The notes under the pieces are model-generated. The model did no database searches and had not been told where the DNA came from. It saw nothing but the letters and a program-made list of their open reading frames with translations. A stretch of 59,345 nt of DNA from contig JAUIGD010000001.1 of NCBI GenBank assembly GCA_030430255.1, positions 1-59,345 of the forward strand, given 5' to 3'. Origin of the DNA: Verrucomicrobiia bacterium. GTDB lineage: Bacteria; Verrucomicrobiota; Verrucomicrobiia; Verrucomicrobiales; DEV007. Position 1 is the first letter of the stretch; every line of letters starts with the position of its first letter. Positions 8,521-17,948 of this stretch are shown in pieces. The translations under genes and the position numbers were made by a program.

Positions 8521-9482
8521 GGCTCGCCCCCCCCTCCCGAGGCGGTCAGGCCGCCCCGCTCCCCGTCGGCGGCGACCACGATCCGCTCCAGGGCTTCGAG
8601 GTCCCCGGGCTCGAGCTTCGACATGCCGACGATGCCCAACAGGCTGAGCGCCTGCCCCGCACGCTTCCCGTCGCGGACACTGGGAACGATCCGCGTGCGG
8701 ACGAACTCCGACAGGCCGTCCGGCGCGACCGTGGTCGTGCCGATCAGGATGAAGGGGAGCTCGGGAGAGGTGCGCAAGGGCACCAGCCGGCGCGCGACTT
8801 GCGGGTTCAGCTCGACCGCCACCCGGTAGTCGCTCTCGCGCACCAAGCAGGCGGACGCCTTGCCGAAGAAGGTCGGCAGCAAGACCTCGTTGGCGACCGA
8901 CGCGCGCTCGGCCTCAGCGAAGAACCCGCCGGTATCGACCCCGCCCTCGGACGTGAGGAGGGTGTCGAGCCAGAGCTCGCCGATGCCCCTGTCGCGCCCC
9001 GAATACAACCGCACGGCGCCGCCGCGCAGATCCTCCAACTCGGTCCCGGGCGCCGCCAGAAGCACGAATCGCTCGAGGCGTTGGTCCGCGAACTGCACCA
9101 CCGTGTCGAGCCGCAGCAGAGCCCGCTGTTCGGGCGGGAGGCGCAGATAGGCCAAGGGGGAGAACTCGACGAAGTCGACCTCGCCGCGCATCACCGCCCC
9201 CATCAGTTGCTCCGGGGTGCGGAAGGTCGCGAAGGTGGGCTCGAACTCGCCCCAGTCCTCGAACGCCTCGCGGATGAGGATCTCGGTCGCCGCCTGCACG
9301 TCCTTCTCGCTCAGGTGCTCGTGCACCCTGACCGTCTCGATCGTGAACCCGACCCGCAGCTCCCTGCCGGCGGAGGCCTCCAGCAGCAGGTACCACAGCG
9401 CCAAGCCGGCGAACGCGACCAGCGGGACGCGCCCCCTCCGCCCGAGGTCCGGGCGCGCTTCGACTTTCGATCTGGGGTTCAT
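8517..9482 (-). CDS. PhnD/phosphonate-type periplasmic substrate-binding-like protein (paralog 1)
   Basis: TM/signal anchor, then an SBP-like fold. Shares the LPTFFGKASACLV motif with the adjacent paralog. 4-nt overlaps with both neighbours. Confidence 0.7.
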   Translation of the reverse strand: MNPRSKVEARPDLGRRGRVPLVAFAGLALWYLLLEASAGRELRVGFTIETVRVHEHLSEKDVQAATEILIREAFEDWGEFEPTFATFRTPEQLMGAVMRGEVDFVEFSPLAYLRLPPEQRALLRLDTVVQFADQRLERFVLLAAPGTELEDLRGGAVRLYSGRDRGIGELWLDTLLTSEGGVDTGGFFAEAERASVANEVLLPTFFGKASACLVRESDYRVAVELNPQVARRLVPLRTSPELPFILIGTTTVAPDGLSEFVRTRIVPSVRDGKRAGQALSLLGIVGMSKLEPGDLEALERIVVAADGERGGLTASGGGGEP

Positions 9483-10405
9483 TGCGATTCGAAGTCTTTC
9501 AACAGTTCGGCCACCGTCGCCCCTCGCCGGAGGCGGATCCGTTCGGCCACCGGGCGCATCCGTTCGAGTTCACCGGCGGAGATGCGCATCAGGCGCTTGA
9601 TCTTCATCAGCGTGAATCCCTGCGCCCCGTCCGGTTTGGTGTGCAGGCTGGCGGAGATGTCGGCGAACTCCTCGTGGTCCATCTTGCTGAAGTCGGTGCG
9701 GTGGACGAACAGCACGTTCAGCATCGGCGGCGACACCGCGATCGGCACCAAGGTCTTGCCGAGCTGCGGGTTGAGCTCGCTGAGGAGATCGAACTGGTGC
9801 CCCATCACCAAGCAGGCGTCGGCCTTGCCGAAGAACGTCGGCAAGACGAGGTCACCGGCCTCCTCGAAGTCGACGAGCTCGCAGCTGCCAAAGTGCTGGA
9901 AGGCGGGCGCGCCCACCTCTTCGACCAGGTGCTGGTCGAGCCACTCGATGCCGAGGTTCCAGTCGCCTCGCCCGCACAGGCGCACCCGCTTGCCCTTCAG
10001 CGATTCCAAGGTCTCCCCCTTCTTCGCCAGCAGCCGGTACTCGCTGGTCGGCCCCTCGTCGAGCACCACCACAGAGGTCACTTTCAATTGGGCGCGACGG
10101 CTTTCTGGCAGCAGGGCATGCTCGAGCGAGGACAGCTCGGTGATGTCGACCTCGCCCGCCCAGAACGCCGCCAGCACATCATCGGGCGTCTCGTACGGCC
10201 GCATCTCGACCTCCTGCCCGAAGCTCTTGAAGACCCGCTTCATCATCAGTTCGATGGCGATGCGGTAGTCTTGTGCCATCGCGGGGCTGCGGAAGCCGAG
10301 CACGTAGCCGACGGTCACGGGCTCCGCCGCAGCGCTCGGCGCCGCGCCAGCCGCGCCCATCAGGACCGCCGCGGCGATCGCTGCCTTGTAGGGGGGGGGA
10401 GACAT
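9479..10405 (-). CDS. PhnD/phosphonate-type periplasmic substrate-binding-like protein (paralog 2)
   Basis: Signal peptide AAIAAAVLMGAAGAAPSAAAEP and the LPTFFGKADACLV motif. A C9 tract occupies codons 3-5. Confidence 0.7.
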   Translation of the reverse strand: MSPPPYKAAIAAAVLMGAAGAAPSAAAEPVTVGYVLGFRSPAMAQDYRIAIELMMKRVFKSFGQEVEMRPYETPDDVLAAFWAGEVDITELSSLEHALLPESRRAQLKVTSVVVLDEGPTSEYRLLAKKGETLESLKGKRVRLCGRGDWNLGIEWLDQHLVEEVGAPAFQHFGSCELVDFEEAGDLVLPTFFGKADACLVMGHQFDLLSELNPQLGKTLVPIAVSPPMLNVLFVHRTDFSKMDHEEFADISASLHTKPDGAQGFTLMKIKRLMRISAGELERMRPVAERIRLRRGATVAELLKDFESQ

Positions 10406-10417
10406 CGGGGGGAGGGA

Positions 10418-12247
10418 TCAGGTTTGGAGGGCGTCCGCGAGCAGGTCGGAGAAGCCGGCGCCGACCGCAGCGTCGAGCTCGATCCGCGCCCGCACGGCGT
10501 CGTAGCGCGCCTTCAGCCCCTGCGCCCTGCTCAGCGCGTCCATGATCAGCGCGCGGAAGATCTCGTCCGCCTCCGCCATCCCGGCGCGATAGGCGCGGTC
10601 GGTGAGGTCGCGGTTCTCGGCCGCCGTCTCGGCCGCCGACCCCAGCGCCGCGACCCGGCCCTGGGCGACACCGATCTCGATGCACGACTTCTTCACCCGC
10701 ATCGCCAAACCCTCCTCGAGCAAGACCTGCTGGTGCCGCAGCTGCTCGAGGCGGGCGCGCGCCTCGGCGACTTGGTTCTTGGTGAGGAACCCCCGGAACA
10801 CGGGCATCTCGACGCCTACCCCGACGGTCCAAGCATTGAGGTTCTCATCGGTCGCCAAACCGCCCTCGTGGCCGTTCTCGATAGCGTGGATCTTGCCGAG
10901 GAACGCGACCTTCGGGGCGAAGCCAGCCCGCGCCTGCTTGACGCCCTGCCCGGCGGCGTCCAGACCGGCGAGCAACCGCTGCCAGTCGGGGTTGAACTGG
11001 TAGCTGCGCCCGATCAGCTCGGCCGTCCCGTGCGGCAGCTCCTCGTAGCGCAGCCGCTCCTCGGCAGGCTCGATCTTCGAGTCCCAGCCCAGCCCCATCC
11101 GGTGGGTGAGCGCCGCGCAGGCGAGTTCGTAGTTGCCGCGCAGTTGCTCCAGCCCCGACTGCAGCGCATCGACGACGACCTTGTTGCGCAGATAGTCCAT
11201 CTTCGTCACCTGCATCGAGCCCCCCTCGTAAAAGGTCTGCGTCAATTCGAGCGTCGCCACCATGCGCTCGTGGACATCCTCCGCGACTCCGACCAGCTCG
11301 CGCGCCAAAACCGCCCCGGCGTAGTAACGCCTCACGTCGGAGATGAGCTCGATGGTCTCCGCCCGCTCTTCTTGCCGCGCCGCCTCGACGCCCGCCAGCG
11401 CCGCCCGGCGCCGCCCGCGGCGCTCGCCGCCGTCTGCCAACAACCATTTGGCTTCCAATGCCACGCCGTAGGTGGTGCGGTCGGCGAGCTCGAACTTCTG
11501 CGCGGGGACTTCGAGATATTGGCTCGGCACCGAAAGCTGCTGGCTGGGCACCTGGATCGTCTGCGCCGGAACCCGCACCGTCTGCGAATCCACCGGCAAC
11601 ACAAATCCGGGCGAGCCTTGGTAGAGGGCTCCGGCCGGGACCTGGATCGCCGATGCCGGCGTCCGGATCGCCCCGCCGGGATATTGAAACTGCATCTCCG
11701 GCGTGGTGAACTGCATCTCGGGCGTGTGGACGCCGAGGCCGGGGAACTCGAAGGTCGGCGCCTCGCTGCGCAGGTGCGAGAAGCCGGTCATCGACAGATG
11801 CGGCCAGTAGGCCGCCAAGGCCTGCCGGTGTTGCGCCTCCGCGATGAGGCGGCTCGCCTGCCCGACTTTCGGCGCATGGCTCTCGGCCAGGGCCAACTCG
11901 ATGCACTGCTCGAGCCGCATCGATTTCCGCAACACCGCATCGCTCGCCTTCGCCCCCGCATACGACGGAACCGCTCCATGCATGCCGTTCAGATCCTCGA
12001 TCACCGCCGGCGACAGCGCCCGGTCCAACGGCCGGACTTGCGGTCGCTCCGATACCGCAGCCTGCTCCGTCTGCTCCGACACCGCAGCCCGCTCCTTCTC
12101 CACGCGATCGCGCTCGACCAACCGCCCCTGCTTCGCCCCCCTCCCGAAGCCGCGGGTCCCCGCATCGCACGATCCCGAAGCCACGATCAACGCCGAGATT
12201 GAAATCGTTATGGATCTAATAATAAACAGGTTGTGCGGATAGTTCAC
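10418..12247 (-). CDS. TolC-family outer-membrane channel protein (start uncertain)
   Basis: Two OEP-type helical repeats (LEQCIELALAESH..., ...RYDAVRARIELDAAVG) with an xVPxQ repeat insertion. The longest ORF starts at TTG 12295. GTG 12247 gives a signal-peptide-like N-terminus (MNYPHNLFIIRSITISISALIVASGSC). Confidence 0.75.
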   Translation of the reverse strand: MNYPHNLFIIRSITISISALIVASGSCDAGTRGFGRGAKQGRLVERDRVEKERAAVSEQTEQAAVSERPQVRPLDRALSPAVIEDLNGMHGAVPSYAGAKASDAVLRKSMRLEQCIELALAESHAPKVGQASRLIAEAQHRQALAAYWPHLSMTGFSHLRSEAPTFEFPGLGVHTPEMQFTTPEMQFQYPGGAIRTPASAIQVPAGALYQGSPGFVLPVDSQTVRVPAQTIQVPSQQLSVPSQYLEVPAQKFELADRTTYGVALEAKWLLADGGERRGRRRAALAGVEAARQEERAETIELISDVRRYYAGAVLARELVGVAEDVHERMVATLELTQTFYEGGSMQVTKMDYLRNKVVVDALQSGLEQLRGNYELACAALTHRMGLGWDSKIEPAEERLRYEELPHGTAELIGRSYQFNPDWQRLLAGLDAAGQGVKQARAGFAPKVAFLGKIHAIENGHEGGLATDENLNAWTVGVGVEMPVFRGFLTKNQVAEARARLEQLRHQQVLLEEGLAMRVKKSCIEIGVAQGRVAALGSAAETAAENRDLTDRAYRAGMAEADEIFRALIMDALSRAQGLKARYDAVRARIELDAAVGAGFSDLLADALQT

Positions 12248-12343
12248 GCGCAGAGGAAGGTTACGAACGACAAAGATACAGTAAATTATAACCAATTTCC
12301 ATAATTTTCATACTTGAGCGTCATCGTCTTTTTATTGCCCCGC

Positions 12344-13633
12344 ATGCGCCCGCCTGCGAGCGGTTCGTCCCCGCCCTCTCCCGCCCCAATGCTCGATTTC
12401 GCCGACTTGCCCTACGAGTTCGTCTCGCCGCGCCCCAATGCTTTGGTCATCGCGCTGTGCCGTTGGGCGAATCGCACCTTCGCTCTCCCCGGCAAAAATC
12501 ACCGCATCGCGGGGATCGAACTGTGGGGAGCCGACCGTTTCTCCACCGCCAGAGCAACTCCCGCTGCACGCTTTGTCCTGCTGCCCAACCACCCGACGCA
12601 CAGCGACCCCCAACTCCTGACCGAGGTGTGTCGGCGGCTGCGGGTCAAACCGGCCTTCATGGCCGCCTACGACGTGTTCGCCCGCTCGAAACTCAACCGC
12701 TGGGTCATGCGCCGCACCGGAGCCTTCAGCGTCGATCGCGAGGGCAGCGATCGCGCCGCGATGAAATGCGCCGGCGAGATCCTCGCCTCTGGCCGGCAAG
12801 CGCTGGTGGTCTTCCCCGAGGGCAACGTCTACCTGTGCAACGATCGCGTCACGCCCTTCAACGAGGGCGCGGCGTACATCGCGCTGCGCTCCCAAAAAGC
12901 GCTCGGCGCGGAGGTGCCGGTCTTCGCCGTCCCGGTCGCCCTCAAGTACTCCCACACGGACGATGTCCGCGACCCCGTGCGCACCGCGTTCTCGTCGCTC
13001 GCCGATCTGACCGGAACCCCGATGGCCGCAGGAGCGCCCTTCGTCGACGAGATCAAACGGGTCGGCACCGCCGCCCTCGCCCGCCGCCTCACCCAACGCG
13101 GCTACGTACCCGCCGCCGACGCCGACGCCCCGGCCGACCTGCAGATCGACCACGCCGCGCGGCAGCTGATCGAGGGCTTGGAGCGGAAGATCGGCCTCTC
13201 ACCCCGCCCCGCGGACACCCTCGCCACCCGCGTCCGCAAGGCGCGCGCCGCCATTCACGCCGTGCGCACCGACCCCGGACGCGAGATCGACCACCGGCCC
13301 GCGGCGAGCTGGGCCGACGAGGCGATCCTCGCCCTGCGCATCCTCGGCTACGCGGGGGGCTACGCCTCCGAGCGCCCCAGCCTCGACCGCATCGCCGAGA
13401 CGGTCGCCCGCCTCCGCGAAGACCTCACCTCGCGGCTCCACCCGCCCGACGGCACCCGGCGCGCCCTCGTCGAGATCGGCACCCCGATCGATCTGCGATC
13501 GCGCCTCGATGCCTTCGCCGCCGAGGCCCGCGAGGCCGTGCGCGAGCTGACCGGCGATTGTGAGGCCGCCGTCCAAGCGGGCGTCGACAGGCTCAATCAG
13601 GACAATGCCCTCCCCGGGGCGGAGTTCTTCTAG
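12344..13633 (+). CDS. lysophospholipid (PlsC-type) acyltransferase family protein with a long C-terminal extension
   Basis: HxxxxD (NHPTHSDP) and FPEG motifs. ATG 12344 chosen over TTG 12314. Confidence 0.75.
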   Translation: MRPPASGSSPPSPAPMLDFADLPYEFVSPRPNALVIALCRWANRTFALPGKNHRIAGIELWGADRFSTARATPAARFVLLPNHPTHSDPQLLTEVCRRLRVKPAFMAAYDVFARSKLNRWVMRRTGAFSVDREGSDRAAMKCAGEILASGRQALVVFPEGNVYLCNDRVTPFNEGAAYIALRSQKALGAEVPVFAVPVALKYSHTDDVRDPVRTAFSSLADLTGTPMAAGAPFVDEIKRVGTAALARRLTQRGYVPAADADAPADLQIDHAARQLIEGLERKIGLSPRPADTLATRVRKARAAIHAVRTDPGREIDHRPAASWADEAILALRILGYAGGYASERPSLDRIAETVARLREDLTSRLHPPDGTRRALVEIGTPIDLRSRLDAFAAEAREAVRELTGDCEAAVQAGVDRLNQDNALPGAEFF

Positions 13634-13735
13634 GCCGGATCGATCATCACCTCTGCAGGCGAGGCGCGTCCCAGTCGGGCAGGCGGCCGCTGCCCCCTTG
13701 CGCGATCGCCGATCCCGCAAAACGGTGGTTCCGAC

Positions 13736-14236
13736 ATGGTCGCCCCCAGAGACCCCCCACTGCCGCCCAACCGCCTCTTCCGCGAGTTCGAGAGCGGGCG
13801 CATGCCGCGCGCCGAGTTCCAGCGTGCCATGGCCGTCCACGCCCGCGAACTGATCGCCGAGATGGAGGAGGAACGCCGCAACCCGGTCGCCGCCTTCGTC
13901 GAGCACATCCGCAACCGGCGCGCCGCCACACGCCTCGCCAAAGCCCACGGCGAGGCGGCGGTGCGTGAGGTCTTCGCCACCCTCGCCGAGTTGCGCGACT
14001 TCCCCCCGGCCTCGCTGCTCTGGAATGCTAGCCACCGGCACGTCCCGCTCTACTGCTTCCTGCGCATGACCGTCGAGCCGCTGTTCCGCGTCCTGCACCT
14101 GCGGAGGGACGAGCGCGACACGCACATCGAGATCGAGCACCGCTTCTTCGGCAGCCAACAGTCCACCCGGGAACTCATCACCCTGCGCCGCGGTTGGCAC
14201 GGCAACCTGTACCCGGTCGCGAGGCGCCGAATCTGA
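13736..14236 (+). CDS. hypothetical protein (166 aa)
   Basis: Clean ATG ORF with non-shadow-like composition (MVAPRDPPLPPNRLFREFESGRMPRAEF...). No motif recognised. Confidence 0.5.
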   Translation: MVAPRDPPLPPNRLFREFESGRMPRAEFQRAMAVHARELIAEMEEERRNPVAAFVEHIRNRRAATRLAKAHGEAAVREVFATLAELRDFPPASLLWNASHRHVPLYCFLRMTVEPLFRVLHLRRDERDTHIEIEHRFFGSQQSTRELITLRRGWHGNLYPVARRRI

Positions 14237-14251
14237 GGCGCCGGCGCGCGC

Positions 14252-15190
14252 TCACCACAGCGCCCCCCACGCCGCCTTCACCATCAGGCGCTTCACCTCC
14301 GAGCGCGGCACCTTGACCCCGGCGCGGAGCGCCTCCCACGACGACGCCTCCAAGCGCGCGAGGGTGCGCTCGCCGATCAACACCGGCAATGCGGTCGCGA
14401 ACCGCAGCCGCCGCGAGCCGCGCAGCGCGGCCAAGTACTCGCGCCCCGCACCCAGGAGTTCGCCACAGCGGCGCCGCCACCGCACCGCCTCCCCCTCCCA
14501 CAGCTCGGCCCCCCCGGCGCCGCCCCCTCCCGGCAGGTAGCAACGTCCGGCCGCCAGGTCTTCCGGTAGATCCCGCAAAATGTTCAGCAGCTGCAGGCCC
14601 TTCCCATAGTCCGCGCCCAACCGCTCCATCTCCCCGGGGGGCAGCTTGGCGAAGCCGGAGCCGAACGCTTCGAAGCCCAGCTCGGTCCAAAACACCCCCA
14701 CACAACCCGCCACATCGAACGCGTACTCTTCGAGCTCCGCATCGCTCGCCAAAGTCGACACCGCGCCCGTCCCGCGCCCGGCGCCGAATCGCCGCAGATC
14801 GTCGCTCTGCCCTTTCACGATCTGCCCCAGCACCCGCCGCACGGGGTCGCGCTGCCCAGCGGGCAACCCGCCGAGCCACGCCAGGCAATCGCCGAAGCGC
14901 CCCAGCAGGGCCACCTCGCCAGGCTTCGCCGCACCTCGATAGTCGTCCAGCTCCGGCGCCGGCCCGCCCCCCTCCACCGCACGCCCCATCGCCGCGAGCA
15001 CCGCAAGGCGCTCCCCCGCCGGCACCGCCTCGGTGTCGGCCACCGTATCGGTCGCCCGAGCCAACAGGTAACCGAGGCTCGCCGCCCCACGCATGCGCCG
15101 CGGCAGGAAGCGGAGCGAGAGGTAGAAACTGCGCGACACGGAGCGCAACAGCGCCCCGCCCAACTCGCGTTCGTGGGCGGCGGAAGTCAT
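14252..15190 (-). CDS. squalene/phytoene synthase family protein (HpnC/HpnD-like)
   Basis: ORF 14252..15871 trimmed to MTSAAHEREL. Motifs SRSFYLSLRFLP, the Asp-rich ATDTVAD and RDLPEDL. Confidence 0.8.
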   Translation of the reverse strand: MTSAAHERELGGALLRSVSRSFYLSLRFLPRRMRGAASLGYLLARATDTVADTEAVPAGERLAVLAAMGRAVEGGGPAPELDDYRGAAKPGEVALLGRFGDCLAWLGGLPAGQRDPVRRVLGQIVKGQSDDLRRFGAGRGTGAVSTLASDAELEEYAFDVAGCVGVFWTELGFEAFGSGFAKLPPGEMERLGADYGKGLQLLNILRDLPEDLAAGRCYLPGGGGAGGAELWEGEAVRWRRRCGELLGAGREYLAALRGSRRLRFATALPVLIGERTLARLEASSWEALRAGVKVPRSEVKRLMVKAAWGALW

Positions 15191-15229
15191 TGATCGGAGG
15201 GTAGGACGATTGGATGGTCGCCCGCGCCC

Positions 15230-16369
15230 GTGCGCAAGCGAAGACTCTTGCCGCCCCACCTCTACATCCACATCCCCTACTGCCACCGCATTTGCCCCTA
15301 TTGCGGTTTCTACAAGCACACGCCCGCGGGCACCGACCACCGCGCCTTCGTCCGGGCGCTCCTCGGCGAGCTCGATCACCACCTCGCCTCGCTCGCCGCT
15401 CCCGGCTCCCCACCCTCCCCCCTCGAGACGATCTCCCTCGGCGGCGGAACGCCGACCGCGCTCTCGCCGGCCCACCTCGGGGAACTCCTCGCAGGCCTCG
15501 GCGCCCGCCTCGACCTCGCGGCCCTCGAGGAGTTCGGCATCGAGGCCAACCCGGCGACCTTCGACCGCCACAAAGCCGAGCTCATGCGGAGCGGCGGCAT
15601 CACCCGCGCCTCCCTGGGCGTGCAATCGTGGACCCCGGCCACCCTCACCACGCTCGGTCGCGACCACTCCCCCGCCGACGCCGAGCGCGCGTTCGGCGAC
15701 CTCCGCGCCGCCGGCTTCCGCTCGATCAACATCGACCTCATGTTCTCCGTCCCCGGTCAAAGCGCCGCCTCGTGGGGCGGCGACCTCGCGCGCACGCTGG
15801 CGCTCGAACCGGACCACATCTCCGCCTACAACCTCACCTACGAAGAGGACACCGAGTTCTTGGAGCGCCACCGCGGGGGGGAGCTCGACGCCTCCCCCGA
15901 ACGCGACGCGGACCTTTTTTATGCTGCCGTCGATTTGCTAGAAGAGAGCGGCTACGAACACTACGAGATCTCCAACTACGCCCGCCCCGGCCACCGGTCC
16001 GCGCACAACGCCGGCTACTGGGCGGGCCGCGACTACCTCGGCCTCGGCCCAGGGGCCTTCTCCACGGTCTGCGGCGAACGGTGGAAGAACCTCGCCGACA
16101 CGGCCGCCTACATCCGCGCGGTGGAGGCCGGCGCCTTCCGGCAGCTCGTCACCGACCACGAGACCCTCCGTGCAGAAGACCGGCGCACGGAGCGCATCGG
16201 CCTCGGCCTCCGCACCGCCGGGGGCGTCCCGCGGCGGCTGCTGGCCGGGCGCGAGGCGCAACTCGCCACCCTCCTGGAGCATGGCCTGGTCGCCTGGCAC
16301 GGCGACCGGCTGGTGCTGACCCGGCAGGGCAAAGGGCTCGCCGACCCGATCGCGGCCGAACTGCTCTGA
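15230..16369 (+). CDS. hemW: radical SAM heme chaperone HemW (coproporphyrinogen III oxidase-like)
   Basis: LYIHIPYCHRICPYCGF contains the CxxxCxxC radical SAM cluster. Length and C-terminal HemN_C-like region fit. Confidence 0.85.
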   Translation: MRKRRLLPPHLYIHIPYCHRICPYCGFYKHTPAGTDHRAFVRALLGELDHHLASLAAPGSPPSPLETISLGGGTPTALSPAHLGELLAGLGARLDLAALEEFGIEANPATFDRHKAELMRSGGITRASLGVQSWTPATLTTLGRDHSPADAERAFGDLRAAGFRSINIDLMFSVPGQSAASWGGDLARTLALEPDHISAYNLTYEEDTEFLERHRGGELDASPERDADLFYAAVDLLEESGYEHYEISNYARPGHRSAHNAGYWAGRDYLGLGPGAFSTVCGERWKNLADTAAYIRAVEAGAFRQLVTDHETLRAEDRRTERIGLGLRTAGGVPRRLLAGREAQLATLLEHGLVAWHGDRLVLTRQGKGLADPIAAELL

Positions 16370-16513
16370 CGGTCCTGCCGCAGGCTGCGGTTCGGTCCGC
16401 GCCGGGAGCACCGTCGCGCCCCCGCATGCCGTCGATCGAGGCACCCATCCGCACCGCCGCTCGATGCCGCCCGCGCTTGACGCCGCCCGCCTGCCCGCCC
16501 ACCGTCCCGCACC

Positions 16514-16999
16514 TTGGAAACTGAGACCGCTACCTTCTATTTCGGCGACCGCAGCGACAGAGCTGCGGTCGAGACCGGCTCCGCCTTCGCACCCAAATTC
16601 GGCGACGACGGCCTCATCCCCGTGGTCACCCAAGACGCGGCCTCCGGCTCCGTCCTGATGGTCGCCTACATGAACGAGGAGGCGCTGTCGAAGACCCTCG
16701 AGTGTGGCGAGGCGGTTTACTACAGCCGGAGCCGACAGTGCTTGTGGCACAAAGGCGCCACCAGCGGCCACGTGCAGCGGGTGGTCGAGGCGCGCACCGA
16801 CTGCGATCAGGACGTGCTGCTGCTGCGGGTCGAACAGATCGGGCCCGGCTGCTGCCACGCCGGCTACCGCAGTTGCTTCTACCGGCAGGTCCCCCTCGGC
16901 GAGGACGTCGTCCGCACCGCGGATGACGACGGCGTGGTCCAGCTCCAGTTCGCTGACGAACGCAGCTACGACCCGGGCGCCGTGTATTCGAAACACTGA
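16514..16999 (+). CDS. hisI: phosphoribosyl-AMP cyclohydrolase
   Basis: GLIPVVTQD...[12 protein letters not shown]...[16 protein letters not shown]...DCDQDVLL...CH.G..SCF. TTG start. Confidence 0.85.
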   Translation: METETATFYFGDRSDRAAVETGSAFAPKFGDDGLIPVVTQDAASGSVLMVAYMNEEALSKTLECGEAVYYSRSRQCLWHKGATSGHVQRVVEARTDCDQDVLLLRVEQIGPGCCHAGYRSCFYRQVPLGEDVVRTADDDGVVQLQFADERSYDPGAVYSKH

Positions 17000-17003
17000 C
17001 CCG

Positions 17004-17699
17004 ATGCTCGACGACCTCAAGGCCACCGTCTGCGAGACCAACCGCGCCCTCCCGGGCACCGGCCTCGTCCAGCTCACTTGGGGGAACGTCAGCGGCATCG
17101 ACCGCGACCGTGGGATCTTCGCCATCAAACCCAGCGGCGTCGATTACGGGGAGTTGAAACCCGGGCACATGGTGCTCGTGGACCTCGAGGGGAAAGTGGT
17201 CGAGGGCGAACTCAAACCCAGCTCCGACACCAAGACCCACCTCGAGCTCTACCGCGCCTGGCCAGGCGTCGGCGGCGTCTGCCACACGCACAGCCCCGCG
17301 GCCACCGCCCTCTCGCAAGCCGGTCGCGAACTCCCCGCCTTCGGCACCACCCACGCCGACCACTTTTACGGCACGGTCCCGGTCTGCCGCGCCCTGCGAC
17401 CCGAAGAAGTCGCCGACGACTACGAGCGGGAGACCGGGCTCGCCATCGTCGCCCACTTCGCCGACCACCAGATCGACCCGCTCGCCGTCCCCGCCGTCCT
17501 GCAGCATTTCCATGCGCCCTTCACCTGGGGCAAGCATGCGCGCTCCGCGCTCGACAACAGCGTCGCGCTCGAAATGTGCGCCCGCATGGCGCTCGACGCC
17601 TGGGCGATCGCGCCGAGCACCCCGGCTCTCCCCGAGCATCTCCTCGACAAGCACTTCCTCCGCAAACACGGCCCCGGCGCCTACTACGGGCAGAAGTGA
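17004..17699 (+). CDS. araD: L-ribulose-5-phosphate 4-epimerase (class II aldolase fold)
   Basis: Near-collinear with E. coli AraD from memory (LTWGNVSGIDR, IKPSGVDY, KPSSDT.TH, HTHS, GTTHADHFYG, LDKHFLRKHG.GAYYGQ). ORF 16704..17699 trimmed to ATG 17004. Confidence 0.9.
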   Translation: MLDDLKATVCETNRALPGTGLVQLTWGNVSGIDRDRGIFAIKPSGVDYGELKPGHMVLVDLEGKVVEGELKPSSDTKTHLELYRAWPGVGGVCHTHSPAATALSQAGRELPAFGTTHADHFYGTVPVCRALRPEEVADDYERETGLAIVAHFADHQIDPLAVPAVLQHFHAPFTWGKHARSALDNSVALEMCARMALDAWAIAPSTPALPEHLLDKHFLRKHGPGAYYGQK

Positions 17700-17746
17700 G
17701 CCGCCCGCAGAAGGAAAAGACAAGCGTCCCGCGTGCCACCAAGGCT

Positions 17747-17772
17747 GGAGGGCGGAGCTCCGCCCCCGCCGT
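17747..17772. repeat. GC-rich REP-like palindromic unit (GGAGGGCGGAGCTCCGCC...)
   Basis: tggagggcggagctccgcccccgccg. Related units lie at 30942..30967 (reverse orientation) and 40816..40841. Confidence 0.6.
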
Positions 17773-17892
17773 CCCCGACCGAAAGCGTCCACCGCCAACT
17801 CACCCCCCTCGAAAGGCGAACCAAAACGCCCCGAAAACGCCCCATCCGTCCACGCGGACCATCACCAAACTCCGCGATCGCTTTCCCGTGCC

Positions 17893-17948
17893 GAGAAAAG
17901 AGGTGACGCCAGCCAGGAACCTCAACCCCTGAAAATGCTGGCGTCACC
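17893..17948 (-). terminator. intrinsic-terminator-like hairpin (12-bp perfect stem, T-rich tail on the minus strand)
   Basis: ggtgacgccagc (17902..17913) pairs with gctggcgtcacc (17937..17948). On the minus strand the stem is followed by tcttttctc. No minus-strand CDS lies upstream of it. Confidence 0.5.
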
